From: Octopus vulgaris
Lineage: Eukaryota
NCBI GenBank assembly: GCA_951406725.2
Contig: OX597819.1
Location: 114,328,001-114,392,000, forward strand
DNA length: 64,000 nt
Direction: 5' to 3'
In this document: positions 22,601-34,046 of the stretch, in pieces
Layout of the letters: the number at the start of each line of letters is the position of its first letter
Position numbering within the stretch: position 1 is the stretch's first letter
Program-made: the position numbers and the translations under genes
The notes under the pieces: model-generated
Told to the model about the DNA's origin: nothing
What the model saw: the letters and a program-made list of their open reading frames with translations, nothing else
Database searches by the model: none

Positions 22601-25600
22601 AAATCACCATACTTCTATGTTTACCTTTGTAGCAGGAATAATGATGATGATATATATGAAGGGCATCCTGCTGTAGAAACTCTGCCAGATCAGATTGGAG
22701 TCTGGTGCAGCCATCTGGTTCACCAGACCTCAGTCAAATCGTCCAACCCATGCTAGCATGGAAAGCGGATGTTAAACAATGATGATATATATATATGCAT
22801 GATTGAATCCAACCCATGCTAGCATGGAAAGCGGATAAATGATGATGATGATGATATATATATACACACATGATATTTATCACATGAACTATGATGAAAA
22901 AATGTTAGATATGGTATATAGATTTTCTTGTGCAGGGGTTTCTTGAGATATAATTTATTGTATGGGTTGTGCAAGGGTAAAAGGGTTGAGAAACACTGGT
23001 ATAGAGTGTACTGGGTGCTTTTTATCATGACACCAGCACTAGAGAAGTTGCCTTGTCCTCTGAAAGACTTGAGAGTTCATCCCTTCAGCATTTAAACTGA
23101 CTATATCAGGCTCATATATTCTTCCTGTTTTATGTTCAAACTGTCTGGATCCAGCCTCTCACACCTATCCTACAATGTCATTCTAAAAATAATCATAGAA
23201 ATCTCAAAGCTATAAGATAAGACAATTCAAAACAATGTGAATAAATAAGCATTACATTTGACAGAGTAATTTGAATGTTAAAGGGTTAAGGCAATGTGAC
23301 TAAAAGGGGAAATGGAAGAGAGAGTATGAAAGGAGAAACAAAGTGATAAGGATGAGAGGTTGATAGGAAAAGGAGACAGTAATAGGCAGTTACTTGTTAG
23401 TAAAGAGACTGAGTAGAAATACAAGTTTGGACAGTGGATTAAACGCATTATTCAGACCATAGAGCTTTGCTCTACTCCAGTGTTTCTCAAGGAAATGTGG
23501 ATGGGTAGATGCTGTGAGGATTGAAAAGTTGGGCAGACAAATTGCCATGTTTAATAAATTTTAGATGGATTTCAACTTTTTAAATTAGCCACTACCATTG
23601 TGAAGAAAAGAGAATTATATGGATACAAGTTTAATTTTTGTCTTCTCGTTAACAAAAATGGAAGAGGGACAGAAATTTCACTAATAATTTGGATGGGGCC
23701 TGGTTTTTGTTAGATTGAGACCACTGCTCTACACAGGTTATCCACCTTATGACGATGATGATTAATCAAAATTATTTTGTTCTTATTTGTTGACTTCAGG
23801 ATCTGAAGAAAGGCAAAGGTGAGGCTGCTAAAGTTGCAACTATGTTCCTTGAGAATTATAAATTCCCTGTCATGATGATGGTATCTCTCTCCAATGGCAC
23901 TATCTTGAATAAAGTAAATGCCAACGATCTCCTTGATGCTCCATCTGACTTCTGGAATACAGGGTATGGCATTTTAAAACTTTTTTATCAACTGTTTGTA
24001 CAATAAATCACTTACATTTCTGTTATTTTCTTACTGATTTCATTCATTAGACAGGGCATTGTCTTCATGGATTTTGTAAGTATTCGTTCGTTCGTTTAAG
24101 TATATCAACTTCAGTAGTTAAATTTTGTCTGTTATTTATCAATCTCTAACTTCAGAGGTATAAAAGGACACATCATAAATACAGACACTGTCCCCTACCA
24201 CATAAATACTGTATAGTTCTACTTACCAAATTCCATACACAAGGTATTGGCTGACCCAAGGCTTTCATGAGGTGCTATACAGTGAGATTGCACCCAAGGT
24301 CATATGGTTATGAAACAGACTTCCTACCTACACAACTATGGGTGTCTATTTTTTTTTTTTTGAATAGGTCTCAGGACAGACTCTCCTCTTCACCCAATCC
24401 CTGTTTCTTCAAGTTCCACTTAGAGAAAAAAGAAAGGTTGAAGAAAGTGATACTGCCCTACAATAAAGTTGTAGAACTAGGAGTGGAATTGATGACTATG
24501 GCCTGAATAAATGAGCCTACTTACAGTATACATCTATAAATTGAAGAACATAGCAGGGAAAGAGTAGTTTTGGAAATCAATTGTATGCATAACACCTTGG
24601 GCAACTATATTCAACTGTAGTCTTGTGTTTGTCAGTATTACCATCCATCCGTTTTTACTGTCCACTATCCCTAGGAGGGTTGAGCCATCAGGCACTTCCT
24701 CCACAGAGTCCTATCAGAAGCAACCATTATTAAAATTTCTTACTGGATTCCCACACACAACCGAGACTATGGATATTATCCAGCTAATGGTACTTCTTAA
24801 ATACGGAGGTCCTGACGCACGCATCTATGTAATGATATAAAGGAAAGGTAACCCTAACCCCTCTGTATTTAAGTAGTGCCCAACTATCTTGGTCGTGGTC
24901 TACACCATGTGGTGCCCAACTATCTTGGTCGTGGTCTACACCATGTGGTGCCCAACTATCTTGGTCATGGTCTACACCATGTGGTGCCCAACTATCTTGG
25001 TCATGGTCTACACCATGTGGTGCCCAACTATCTTGGTTGTGGTCTACACCATGTGGTGCCCAACTATCTTGGTCATGGTCTACACCATGTGGTGCCCAAC
25101 TATCTTGGTCATGGTCTACACCATGTGGTGCCCAACTATCTTGGTCATGGTCTACACCATGTGGTGCCCAACTATCTTGGTCATGGTCTCCTGGTTTCAA
25201 GAATTTATTTTGTGATTCTTTTCTGCAGCATTCTAACCATGTGTCTGTAGTGCCAAAGGTGTGACCTCTCAATGTGGAGCAGTAGCAACTCAATCTAGTG
25301 AAACACCCTTATCTCCAGGCTACACTCTCTGTTGGGTAACGCTTATGAGTAGAATTTGGTAGGTAGGAATAGGAACTCAGAATTTATATATATATATGCC
25401 GGTGGTACGTAAAAAACACCAACTGATCGTGGCCGTTGCCAACCTCCCCTGGCACCTGTGCCGGTGGCATGTAAAAAGCACCCACTGCACTCATGGAGTG
25501 GTTGGCGTTAGGAAGGGCATCCAGCTGTAGAAACACTGCCAGATCAGACTGGAGCCTGGTGCAGCCTCTTGGCTTCCCAGACCCCGGTCGAACCGCCCAA

Positions 25601-26143
25601 CCCATGCCAGCATGGAAAATGGATGTTAAACGATGATGATATGCAGATATATCTTTCACTGATGAATGTCAGCAAAAGATAAAATGTCAGAGAGAAAGCG
25701 AACCAAAAAAAAAATCCTTACAAATGAAGCCCTTAAGTTATTTATTCTGTATTGAGTGGCAGACACCCTTTTGTCATTCTTACAATCAGAAACAGTAAAC
25801 TCTTGTATTCAGTGATGCCATTCTTCAATTATAAGATAAATATGCAATGGGGGTCTTATTGACTAACAATAAAAATGCCTTTGTGATGCAGTTTTAGTGA
25901 AGATAGGGATTTTAGGCTGCAGTTAGATATTCCAAGAAAAGTTTTTTTTATACTACTATCTGATGTGACCTTGGATATCAGAACTGCTATTTGTTGCTTA
26001 AAATGTTTAGCTCAAAACTTCTTTGATGTACTCAACCAAGTTCTTGACAAGAGAAGGACAAAATCTTTCAAATAATAATGTGTGCGAGCACATGTAGTAA
26101 ATTCTATGAGGAAATTGTAATTCAGTCATTATACATCCATCTT

Positions 26144-26184
<41 letters not shown>

Positions 26185-26808
26185 CAGGAGTGGCTGTGTG
26201 ATAAGTAGCTTGCTAACCAACCACATGGTTCCGGGTTCAGTCCGACTGCGTGGCATCTTGGGCAAGTGTCTTCTGCTATAGCCCCGGGCCGACCAATGCC
26301 TTGTGAGTGGATTTGGTAGACGGAAACTGAAAGAAGCCCATCGTATATATGTATGTGTATGTGTGTCTGTGTTTGTCCCCCTAGCATTGCCTGACAACCG
26401 ATGCTGGTGTGTTTACGTCCCCGTCACTTAGCGGTTCGGCGAAAGAGGCCGATTGAATAAGTACTGGGCTTACAAAGAATAAGTCCCGGGGTCGATTTGC
26501 TCAACTAAAGGCGGTGCTCCAGCATGGCCACAGTCAAATGACTGAAACATGTAAAGAGTATACATATATATATATATATATATGCGTGTGTATGTATTTA
26601 AATTCATTAACTGTTTGTGATTCCTTTACAATATATAGTAAAATGTTTAACTATTAGGAAATTATATGGAAAAATAATTATTAAGTAATTTATCTTTCTT
26701 TCTTTCTTTATCTCCAGGTTTCAAAACCCAACCACCGTGTCTTACTTAAATTTCTTGAAGACAGGTTTTCAAAATAGTTTAAAGTACAAAACGAGACCAA
26801 ACATATAA
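10515..26808 (+). CDS. SELENON: Selenoprotein N orthologue, spliced and 5'-partial: join(10515..10625,12268..12629,19370..19521,20574..20812,22299..22508,23800..23963,26718..26808); TGA 22401-22403 = Sec
   Basis: All introns are GT-AG with consistent phases (0,2,1,0,0,2). Summed length is 1329 nt = 443 codons. The translation matches SelN motifs in order: [118 protein letters not shown]. The N-terminal TM/EF-hand exons were not found in the window. Confidence 0.95.
10868..11465 (+). mobile_element. tRNA-derived SINE (Meta/MESC-like core) with its body tandemly triplicated
   Basis: Head ggcgatgagctggcagaa.., B box gagttcgaattcc, core gtcgactttacctttc.tcctttcggggtcga..aagtaccag. A 182-bp unit restarts at ~10916, ~11098 and ~11280. 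Confidence 0.85.
12268..12629 (+). CDS. SELENON: SELENON exon: [16 protein letters not shown]...[38 protein letters not shown](R)
   Basis: Poly-T/ttag acceptor, gtaaga donor. Contains the conserved MFHPRPF and PQGAVAC motifs; overlaps ORF 12277..12633. Confidence 0.95.
15390..16135 (-). mobile_element. Non-autonomous Helitron nested in a hAT-like MITE (~15284-16224)
   Basis: Minus strand begins TC (tctatgatataaatt) and ends with hairpin + CTAG at an AT site. The flanks cagtgctttttaaact.. / ..agtttaagaaatgctg form hAT-like TIRs. Confidence 0.6.
16852..17281 (-). mobile_element. CR1-clade LINE 3' end
   Basis: [47 protein letters not shown], with a (taac)n tail at ~16852-16868. Confidence 0.88.
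17468..19270 (+). mobile_element. RTE-clade LINE, second near-identical 5'-truncated copy, in a SELENON intron
   Basis: Nearly base-for-base match to 2654-4472. ORFs 17347..18339 and 18346..18747 are in one frame, separated by a single TGA. (gat)n tail. Confidence 0.95.
19370..19521 (+). CDS. SELENON: SELENON exon: [50 protein letters not shown]
   Basis: cag acceptor, gttagt donor, phase 2 to 1. Contains the conserved IHAEFQL and PFWF motifs. Confidence 0.95.
20574..20812 (+). CDS. SELENON: SELENON exon: [26 protein letters not shown]...[16 protein letters not shown]
   Basis: tttcag acceptor, gtaggt donor. Contains the conserved DMEWL, NMEV.IG and M.PFK motifs. Confidence 0.93.
22299..22508 (+). 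CDS. SELENON: SELENON selenocysteine exon: [70 protein letters not shown]
   Basis: ttttcag acceptor, gtaagt donor, 210 nt. SelN similarity continues in frame past the TGA at 22401-22403 (SCUG motif). Confidence 0.97.
22409..22449 (+). promoter_or_regulatory. Selenocysteine redefinition element (SRE) stem-loop in the SELENON CDS
   Basis: cgggcgaac (22409-17) pairs perfectly with gttcgcccg (22441-49). Inside that are ctg/cag, gagag/ctctc and an actg loop: 17 bp, starting 5 nt after the Sec TGA. Position and shape match the vertebrate SELENON SRE. Confidence 0.85.
23800..23963 (+). CDS. SELENON: SELENON exon: [54 protein letters not shown](G)
   Basis: ttcag acceptor, gtatgg donor. Resembles vertebrate [26 protein letters not shown]. 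Confidence 0.92.
24876..25189. repeat. 36-bp minisatellite, ~8.7 near-identical copies, in the last SELENON intron
   Basis: Unit gtgcccaactatcttggtcatggtctacaccatgtg, head-to-tail with no spacers. Variation is confined to tca/tcg/ttg. Confidence 0.97.
26184..26560 (+). mobile_element. CORE-type tRNA-derived SINE (second family; well-preserved minus copy at ~45172-45580)
   Basis: tRNA-like head (gtggctgtgtg.taag..ggttcagtcc), CORE-like cttgggcaagtgtctt, internal (TG/TA) tract, and tail ccagcatggcc.cagtcaaatgactgaaac..gtaaagag. Confidence 0.8.
26718..26808 (+). CDS. SELENON: SELENON last coding exon: [29 protein letters not shown]
   Basis: Long pyrimidine tract + ccag acceptor, phase 2, TAA at 26806-26808. 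Resembles FEDPSTATYMQFLKEGL. Confidence 0.92.
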
Positions 26809-27000
26809 CCTGTAAAATCGGGAATTGCAGATTAACAAATTTATGTCCTGTTTTTTTATTATTATTTTAATTATATGAAATATATATTTTTATATAGAAT
26901 TCGGCTAAGAACTAAAGCAAGTTCTGTGATATGACTTGTTAAGATTTCTTCCAAAACCTGCATATACACACACACACACACACACATGTATTTAGTTATG

Positions 27001-27074
27001 CACACTCAGTTGATACCTGAATGATGGCACCAATGTAAAACCTTGTGGTGAGTTTGTGCCTGATGCTGAAATGT
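27001..27074 (+). promoter_or_regulatory. SECIS element, type II, in the SELENON 3' UTR
   Basis: A-TGAT (27021-25); helix II ggcaccaatgt/gagtttgtgcc; AAA at 27037 (11 nt after the quartet); apical mini-stem acc-ttgt-ggt; 3' TGAT (27061-64); lower helix tcagt/gctga. About 210 nt after the stop codon. Confidence 0.88.
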
Positions 27075-27831
27075 GGGTACATACTGGATGTGCACAACTG
27101 AACTGAGAAACAAAAACAAACTCTTAGCCATATATTTAGGTACACCTTCAATAGAAGATGGAGGTTAATTTTTCTACTGTTGCGAAATTTTATATTCAAC
27201 AAGTTAAAATAAATTTAATAAAGATCTGTTTATATGTATATATTCTGCAGCATTGGTTGCAATATCTGTCTCACACATACTTACCTGTTATACTCTTCCA
27301 GTCTTATTTTCTCTACATAAACAACTAGTCACACTTAGACATACAAATATAAATATACATATAGTTATTCTTTCCCCTCAGACACACACTATATTATTCA
27401 TTCCAATCCTCTCTCAAAAAATAATTTGATTTTGTAAAATGCCAGGCTACTGGTAAGAAGTTCATATCCTATCATCAGTTCTGCAGTGTCTCTTTTGATA
27501 AGGGAGAAAAAGAAACCTGAATTTTCTCTCACCTAGTCTGCTTCCTTGCTATGTTGATATTTTGGCCCAGATTAGCAATGATAAAAAGCATTCAAACTTT
27601 GACTGTTTCATCTTTTATTCACATAGTGTATCTAAGAATTAATTAGCTAATGTGTCCCATGTTTGCTTTAAAAATATTAGGGTATTATTTTAGGGAAGTT
27701 TGGTTGCTATTTCTAGCTGTATATTATTTCTTGAATCACTATTATGATATGATCAAGGGTACCTTTGTAACCCTGTTGACAGGTACATTACTTACACATA
27801 CATAAAAGCTGGTAACTTGACATTTAAAATA

Positions 27832-28041
27832 CAGTAATCCCATGACTATCACAGGTGTCACGTTCCGAAAGCCCCCATGATAGTTGAAAATCTGCCAAGT
27901 AGAAACAGTATTGTACTGTATATATTTTTAAAATTATTTTTATAATTTGTATATATTTATTTTATTATAAATGCAAAACAACACCACGGAACAATCAACA
28001 TAAGCTTAAATAATAAACCACTACATGGCGAGGGATTACTG
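27832..28041. mobile_element. Tc1/mariner (pogo/Tigger-like) MITE
   Basis: TA|cagtaatccc...gggattactg|TA terminal inverted repeats. Confidence 0.75.
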
Positions 28042-29416
28042 TACTCTTATTCTGGTACAATAGAAATAGCAAGAAGCTTTTATCTTTCAAGGCTTTTAAC
28101 TGCATTTAAAGGCAGGTCTTGGATGTGAGTGAAATCTAGCAGCTGTTGCCAGAAATGTGGCACAGATGAATTCAAAGACCCAGTCTTCATGATGTGGTTA
28201 ATAATATACAAACATACATTATCTTACATACCTATATACATAGTGAAGTTCACATACATAATTTAGTCATTATTTAAAAGGTTTTGCTTCTCTCTCTCTA
28301 GCCTGGGACGCTGTAAGGTTCTTCATGAGAGATTTGGAACTCAGTATTTCAATCTGACAAAACTCTCATTGTTCTTCATACTCAAATAGAAAGCAATGCC
28401 CAAAATATTAGATTCTGCAATTGTCTCACTCATTAAACTTTCCTGTTGATTAATTGTTACTAATACAGACCACCTCAATCAATATACAGTGTTGTTGTCA
28501 TTTGCAGCAAGGAGTGCCACATCATGACACCTATTCACATATCTAGGATTGAAAGGGATAAATGTCTTAGCTGTAGACATCATGCAGTACTCATGATAGG
28601 ATATAAACATCATATTATAGGATAGTCGGGCACATTTGTAAACTTCTCATTTGGACATACAAGCTGTAAATTTTCATATGGAATTCATTTAAAATATCTA
28701 CTGATAAATTTTCACCAGTAAATTGTATATATTTATATATACATACCTGTACACAATGGGCTTCCACACAGTTTCTATTAAGCAAATTTGTCTCTGAAAT
28801 TATCAGTGAACCCCAAATTATGGGAGAAAACACTTGCCTGAAGTGCACATCACTTTTGGGGTTAAGTTTGATAACACATGGTTGTGAAGTGAACTGTTTG
28901 ACCCCACAGCTAGGCCTGCATCCATATATAATTGTCTCTCTTACACCTGCATTCATACACACATACATACACACTCACTGACCTTCATTTCTAGTTAAAT
29001 GAGGCTTACCTAGTTAAGTTCTAATTCATGAATGGATTAGGAAAATTTAAATAGAACATGGGATAGATTACTCCATCATTTACATTTCAAGAAGTTCAAA
29101 ATTATGTTTGGTACTAATATTTGAGTTTATACATATTGGAACCACTTTGAATTTGTTGTTTGAATGCAGTGGATTGGGAAACTTCCTTTCTTTACCTTGA
29201 AGTTACACTGGATTAAAAAATCAAAACTTCACATCCCACTGCATTTGATTGTAAAACATAAGACCTGTAAAATTCTCAGCTAATCCCTCTCATTTGCCAA
29301 AAGTGTCTTGAACGTAATTCAAACGAAATGTTTATACAAAGAGTGTCAAGTTTTCTTTTCTTTTTTTTTAACTGTAAAGATTCTGATAAAGAAACATTTA
29401 TGTAATCCCATTAAAA

Positions 29417-29426
29417 ATAAATAAAT
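29417..29426 (+). promoter_or_regulatory. Candidate polyadenylation signal for SELENON
   Basis: Overlapping AATAAA followed by a T/GT-rich tract. Other AATAAA hexamers lie upstream (e.g. ~27148, ~27157), so the real 3' end is uncertain. Confidence 0.3.
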
Positions 29427-32400
29427 TTTGTTATCTCTTGTTTTTGCCTTGTTCATTATATTTCACAGCTCTAATGAGTGACAATCATTAACATCCTTTT
29501 GATTTTCTTTTACTCAGGTACATTGTATTCTTGAATATAATATAAGCTCCTATTTTCTATCTAACAATTATTATTCGAGTGCGGTCGTTGCCAGTGCCGC
29601 TGGACTGACTCCTGTGCTGGTGGTATGTAAAAAAGCATCATTTGAGCATGGCCGTGGCCAGTACTGCCAGACTGGCCTTCGCGCTGGTGGCACATAAAAG
29701 CATGCACTACACTCTCGGAGTGGTTGGCGTTAGGAAGGGCATCCAGCTGTAGAAACTCTGCCAGATCAGACTGGAGCCTGGTGCAGCCATCTGGTTCGCC
29801 AGTCCTCAGTCAAATCATCCAACCCAGGCTAGCATGGAAAGCGGACGTTAAATGAAAAAAGATATCTTTATTTTTCTGTCTCAATATATTGCACACCTTC
29901 AATTTTGACCTTGTGTTTTGTATCAAATTTCTCATATAATATATACAAGTAAATATGGGGCTATTTTCTTTCCTGATGCAGTGGATTGATCAGGTTTACA
30001 AAAGTGTCAATTCTGTTTCACCTCATCTGTTAACCCTATCTTCAGGTTTGATCTAACCGTGACATTTCAAGTCTTTTGTTTACAACAACGAGGGAATTTA
30101 AACTCAGTCATTTGAGTTGCTAGAAATAGTAACTAAATCTCCTTTGAATTGCACTAGTTGTCTTAAAGAGGGAAAACATTACTTTTGTCCAGGATAGACT
30201 GTGCCTGAAAAATAACCCAACAAGACAATAACAATGCATGGAAAACAGAGAGAGAGAGAGAGAGAGACTATTTAATATTTCAACCTGCTACTAATAGTTT
30301 TCTCATGTTACTTATCTCAATTAAAGCCAATAAGTGAGCCTCCTCCTGGTCAGTTGACTTGCTAGAACTAACAGCAAAATCACTGCAAACTATCTTAAAA
30401 GCACATTAGATAATGTAGACAGAAATATTATGCCTGAAAGATTTAAAAAAAAGAGTCATGACTAATGCATTTTTCTGTCAACATTCTTACTATATCACTA
30501 CTCACTCAGCTGCCGTAATTAGAGTAGAACTGATGTAATTCCATTCCCTCTTGTACTAGCATTTATTTCTCTCTCTCCTTGGAATCACTTCTTTTCTCAT
30601 TCAACCTGTCCTGAATTCTCAATATCATCTCTTTCCACTTTATTTTCAACTGAACATCTCTTTCCCTGAAGTTACATCTTATGACTGCCATACCAAATCT
30701 GTAATACTGCAGTATTGCTGCTCTCCATTTCGACACCTCTTCCTCTCCTTGATCCACTCCTATTCACCATCAACCATACCTCCACCTTTGTTCACCATTC
30801 ACTGTATCACCTCTATTCCCCCATCTGTCACTCCTTTCACATTCACCCTTCCTAATCCTCTGTTCTTAGTCTCTCTCTTATATTCACCTTGTACCATGAG
30901 GGTATGCCCTGACACTTTGTTACCACCATCTCTTCCTCTTTCCAGCTGGGGTAGGCATGTATCTATGCTACAGCAAAACACCTGTTCTGTCCTCGCAACA
31001 CCTGGCATAAAGCCATCTACCTCTCTATTGCTCCCCCACTCAACTGAGAGTGCATGTCTAGTATGTTACTTGGTGATCTCATTAGTGGCAGCCACTGAAT
31101 AAAGTACTCTAAGTGGTTGGAATTAGAGATGGGCATCCAACCATAGCAACCATGCCAAAATAGACATTATAGCTTGATGCAGTTTTCTGGCTTGGATCAT
31201 GTCAAACCATCAGCCAATGCTGGTATGGAAGATAGATGTTAAATGATGATGATGTCTGCTGAATCAAGATAGACTGACCTGAGCCTAAACAACAAACCTG
31301 CATTTTTATAAATCCAAATTGCTATTTTCATTCACAGACATATCTAAAGTCGTCTTCCTTACAATATACATTATCTAATGACTTTTTATATATCTGACTG
31401 CTTTCTTTTAATTTCCTTTGTACTCAGATTTTGCCCTAAGTTAATTAGTGATATTTGACATGCTATGACTATGGAGATGTATTATATGACACATGCAAAA
31501 AAAATCTCAATTCAAATTTGCCTATTAGTTGGAAAAAGAAAACGAAAACTTTTAAGCGATTGTTAGTAACTCTCAAAGGAAAGGAAACAGTTCTAGAAAT
31601 TAATTACTTTTACAAAAATATTAATCTATAGGCTGAAGAGAAAATCTGTTTTTGGACTTTATTAAGTCTTGTTCTTGAAATATAGATAAACTTGAATCTG
31701 TTTGATCAACCAACAATGATTCCACAAGTAGGAAAAGGGTTTAAAAGGTTTGGCCATTAGCACTTGATGTTAAAAGATATAAGGGAAATAACTCAAGCAG
31801 ATCAGTAGCATGAATTGTAGGTACATCAAGTGGGGATGATATACTGGATCAACACACAAAATTCTCAGTTAAAATATGCATCATACTTGGAGAAAGAAAA
31901 TAAACCTAGTAGTAACTGTAACCTTCAAAGACAAGCTGAAGATAATTTCATGCAATTAAGAATTAATTTTACAAAAAAGTACAAATTTGCATGCTTAAAT
32001 GAAAATCCAGTTTTAGTGAGCAAATAAGGTGGAACCCATATTTCTCTCTTCCTTTCCAGTTTCTCTTGATCCTCTTACATTCACCATTCTAGTTTAACAG
32101 ACATACACTATCACACTTCATTGAAATAGTCTATTATACCTTTTGGCCTGAAATCACTTATTTACATATCTACTCTTTGGTGCCTTTAGCAGACACCACC
32201 CTGTTGTAAGCATTCAGGCTAGATCCCTAGTTTGAAGATTGTTTCCTCCTTGCCTTCCATGAGTCACAGAGACTCTGAAAAGGCACATGGATACTGCTTT
32301 TACTTTACAGAATAAATAATTTTAAAAACATCTCATTAGACCAAAAAAAAAAAAAAAAATCGTTCTTAAATTGACAAAATAGTTTTATAGCAAGGATTCT

Positions 32401-32857
32401 CAGCATCACCCTTCCCACTTTCATTAACAAGAATTATAAACAAGAGGTAATTTTGTACTGCTTCACGCCATCAACATCTCTTGCCATGCCACAAGAAATG
32501 GACTCTGTCTCTTGCCTTATGCAAAAGTAGAATTTCACTCGACTGCTTCTGACAATCTACCTGAACATTCCATGGTTACACAACAATATTGGATAAAATA
32601 ACACAAGACTCACAGAAACAGTTCAAAAATAATATATGAAATCAAAAGAAATAGTGATTAGGGGTTAAAATAAATTAAGCAGAAGATTTCACTTTTATGC
32701 TTTTAATTTTGGTTAATATTTATTGACCTTTTGAACAACAACAACAACATGGTATTTGTTAACAGAAAGACAAATGAAGGAAATACAATTAAAAAATTTT
32801 AAGTTAATTAATGAAGGAAAACTCACACACACACGCACACATCTAACTGCAACATTT

Positions 32858-32907
<50 letters not shown>

Positions 32908-33836
32908 AAAATATTCCCCCCCCAAAAAAAACAAAAATGAATATTTTTATTAGAACAGATGATGACTTTAATGTTAGTCACAATTTCAGTTTAGAATGTT
33001 ACTATTATAATTAATTCTAATTATAATAAGCAGTCACATTACCAAAAGTGGAAAGGTCTTTGGATTTGCTTATGCATCACATTCCTGTCATTAATATCTA
33101 ATTCCCACAGAGAGGGGAGTGTGAAGGGAAGCTTCTTCACTGCATTCAAGCTTTGTAGGGAGAAAATACATTGTGAGATTTCAACAGCCTCAACTTAATT
33201 TCATTTTAGGATAATAAAAAAATAAAAATTAATTTGATGAATGAAGCAAGCTTAGTCAATTATAATTTGATTAGTAGAGTTTATAGAAATTATTTTTTTT
33301 TGTTTTAATTAAGTTTTTCATTGATAGATATTTTACATTTTGATACAAGTTAATCAAAAGTTGTTGCTTTTTGAATTGAGGATTTCATTATAGATTGGAG
33401 TAGGAGGACACAACTGGTAGGTGATAATGCAAGTTTTTGTCAGATATCATCCTATTTAAATATTTTAAATAGGAAATATTCTACAGTAATTATTCATTGA
33501 AATAAATGACACAGCTGCTTCAAAAGCAGCTTGAAAAAATCCCAATTTAGGAGAGTACGTAACCTATTTTGATGTTTGTAAGGTATTTCAAAACAAAAAC
33601 AAAACAATGCCTGTAGATATTATTATTTACAACAGTGGAGCACCAGACGAAATGCTTTACAAAATTTAGATACATCCTGAGTTCTAAATTCAAACCCTAC
33701 TGAAGTTTACTTTGCCCTTCATCTATCCAGCGTCTATATTATAAGACAGACATGTATTAGGGAAGAGAGTCAGTTCAACCATGTTCCAAAGTAAGAAACT
33801 GTTATTCTTACTGTTCTATTCAAAATTAATACAATA

Positions 33837-34046
33837 AGTACCTATTTCTTTACTACCAACAAGGGGACAAACGGATTAAGTCAATTATATCGACCCCAGT
33901 GCATAACTGGTACTTAATTTATCGACCCTGAAAGGATGAAAGGCAAAGTTGACCTCAGCGGAATTTGAACTCAGAACGTAACAGCAGACAAAATACCGCT
34001 AAGCATTTTGCCCGGTGTGTTAACGTTTTTGCCAGCTTGTCGCCTT
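33837..34046 (-). mobile_element. SINE of the same family as 10868 (other copies at ~11993-12205, 15046-15232, 36170-36381, 38485-38680, 47570-47787, 63201-63398)
   Basis: Reverse complement of the head, B box and core. Confidence 0.85.

Noticed and set aside
24876-25189. CRISPR-like 36-bp repeat array, and the repetitive ORFs 24784..25293 and 24876..25250
   Set aside because: Repeats are contiguous with no unique spacers, there are no cas genes, and the context is a eukaryotic intron. The ORFs are by-products of a unit length divisible by 3.
29161-29250. Possible second SECIS (TGA-atgcagtgg ... ccactgcatt-TGA)
   Set aside because: A 10-bp stem exists, but the GA quartet is 2 nt out of register and the enclosed region (~60 nt) is far too long for a SECIS apical loop.
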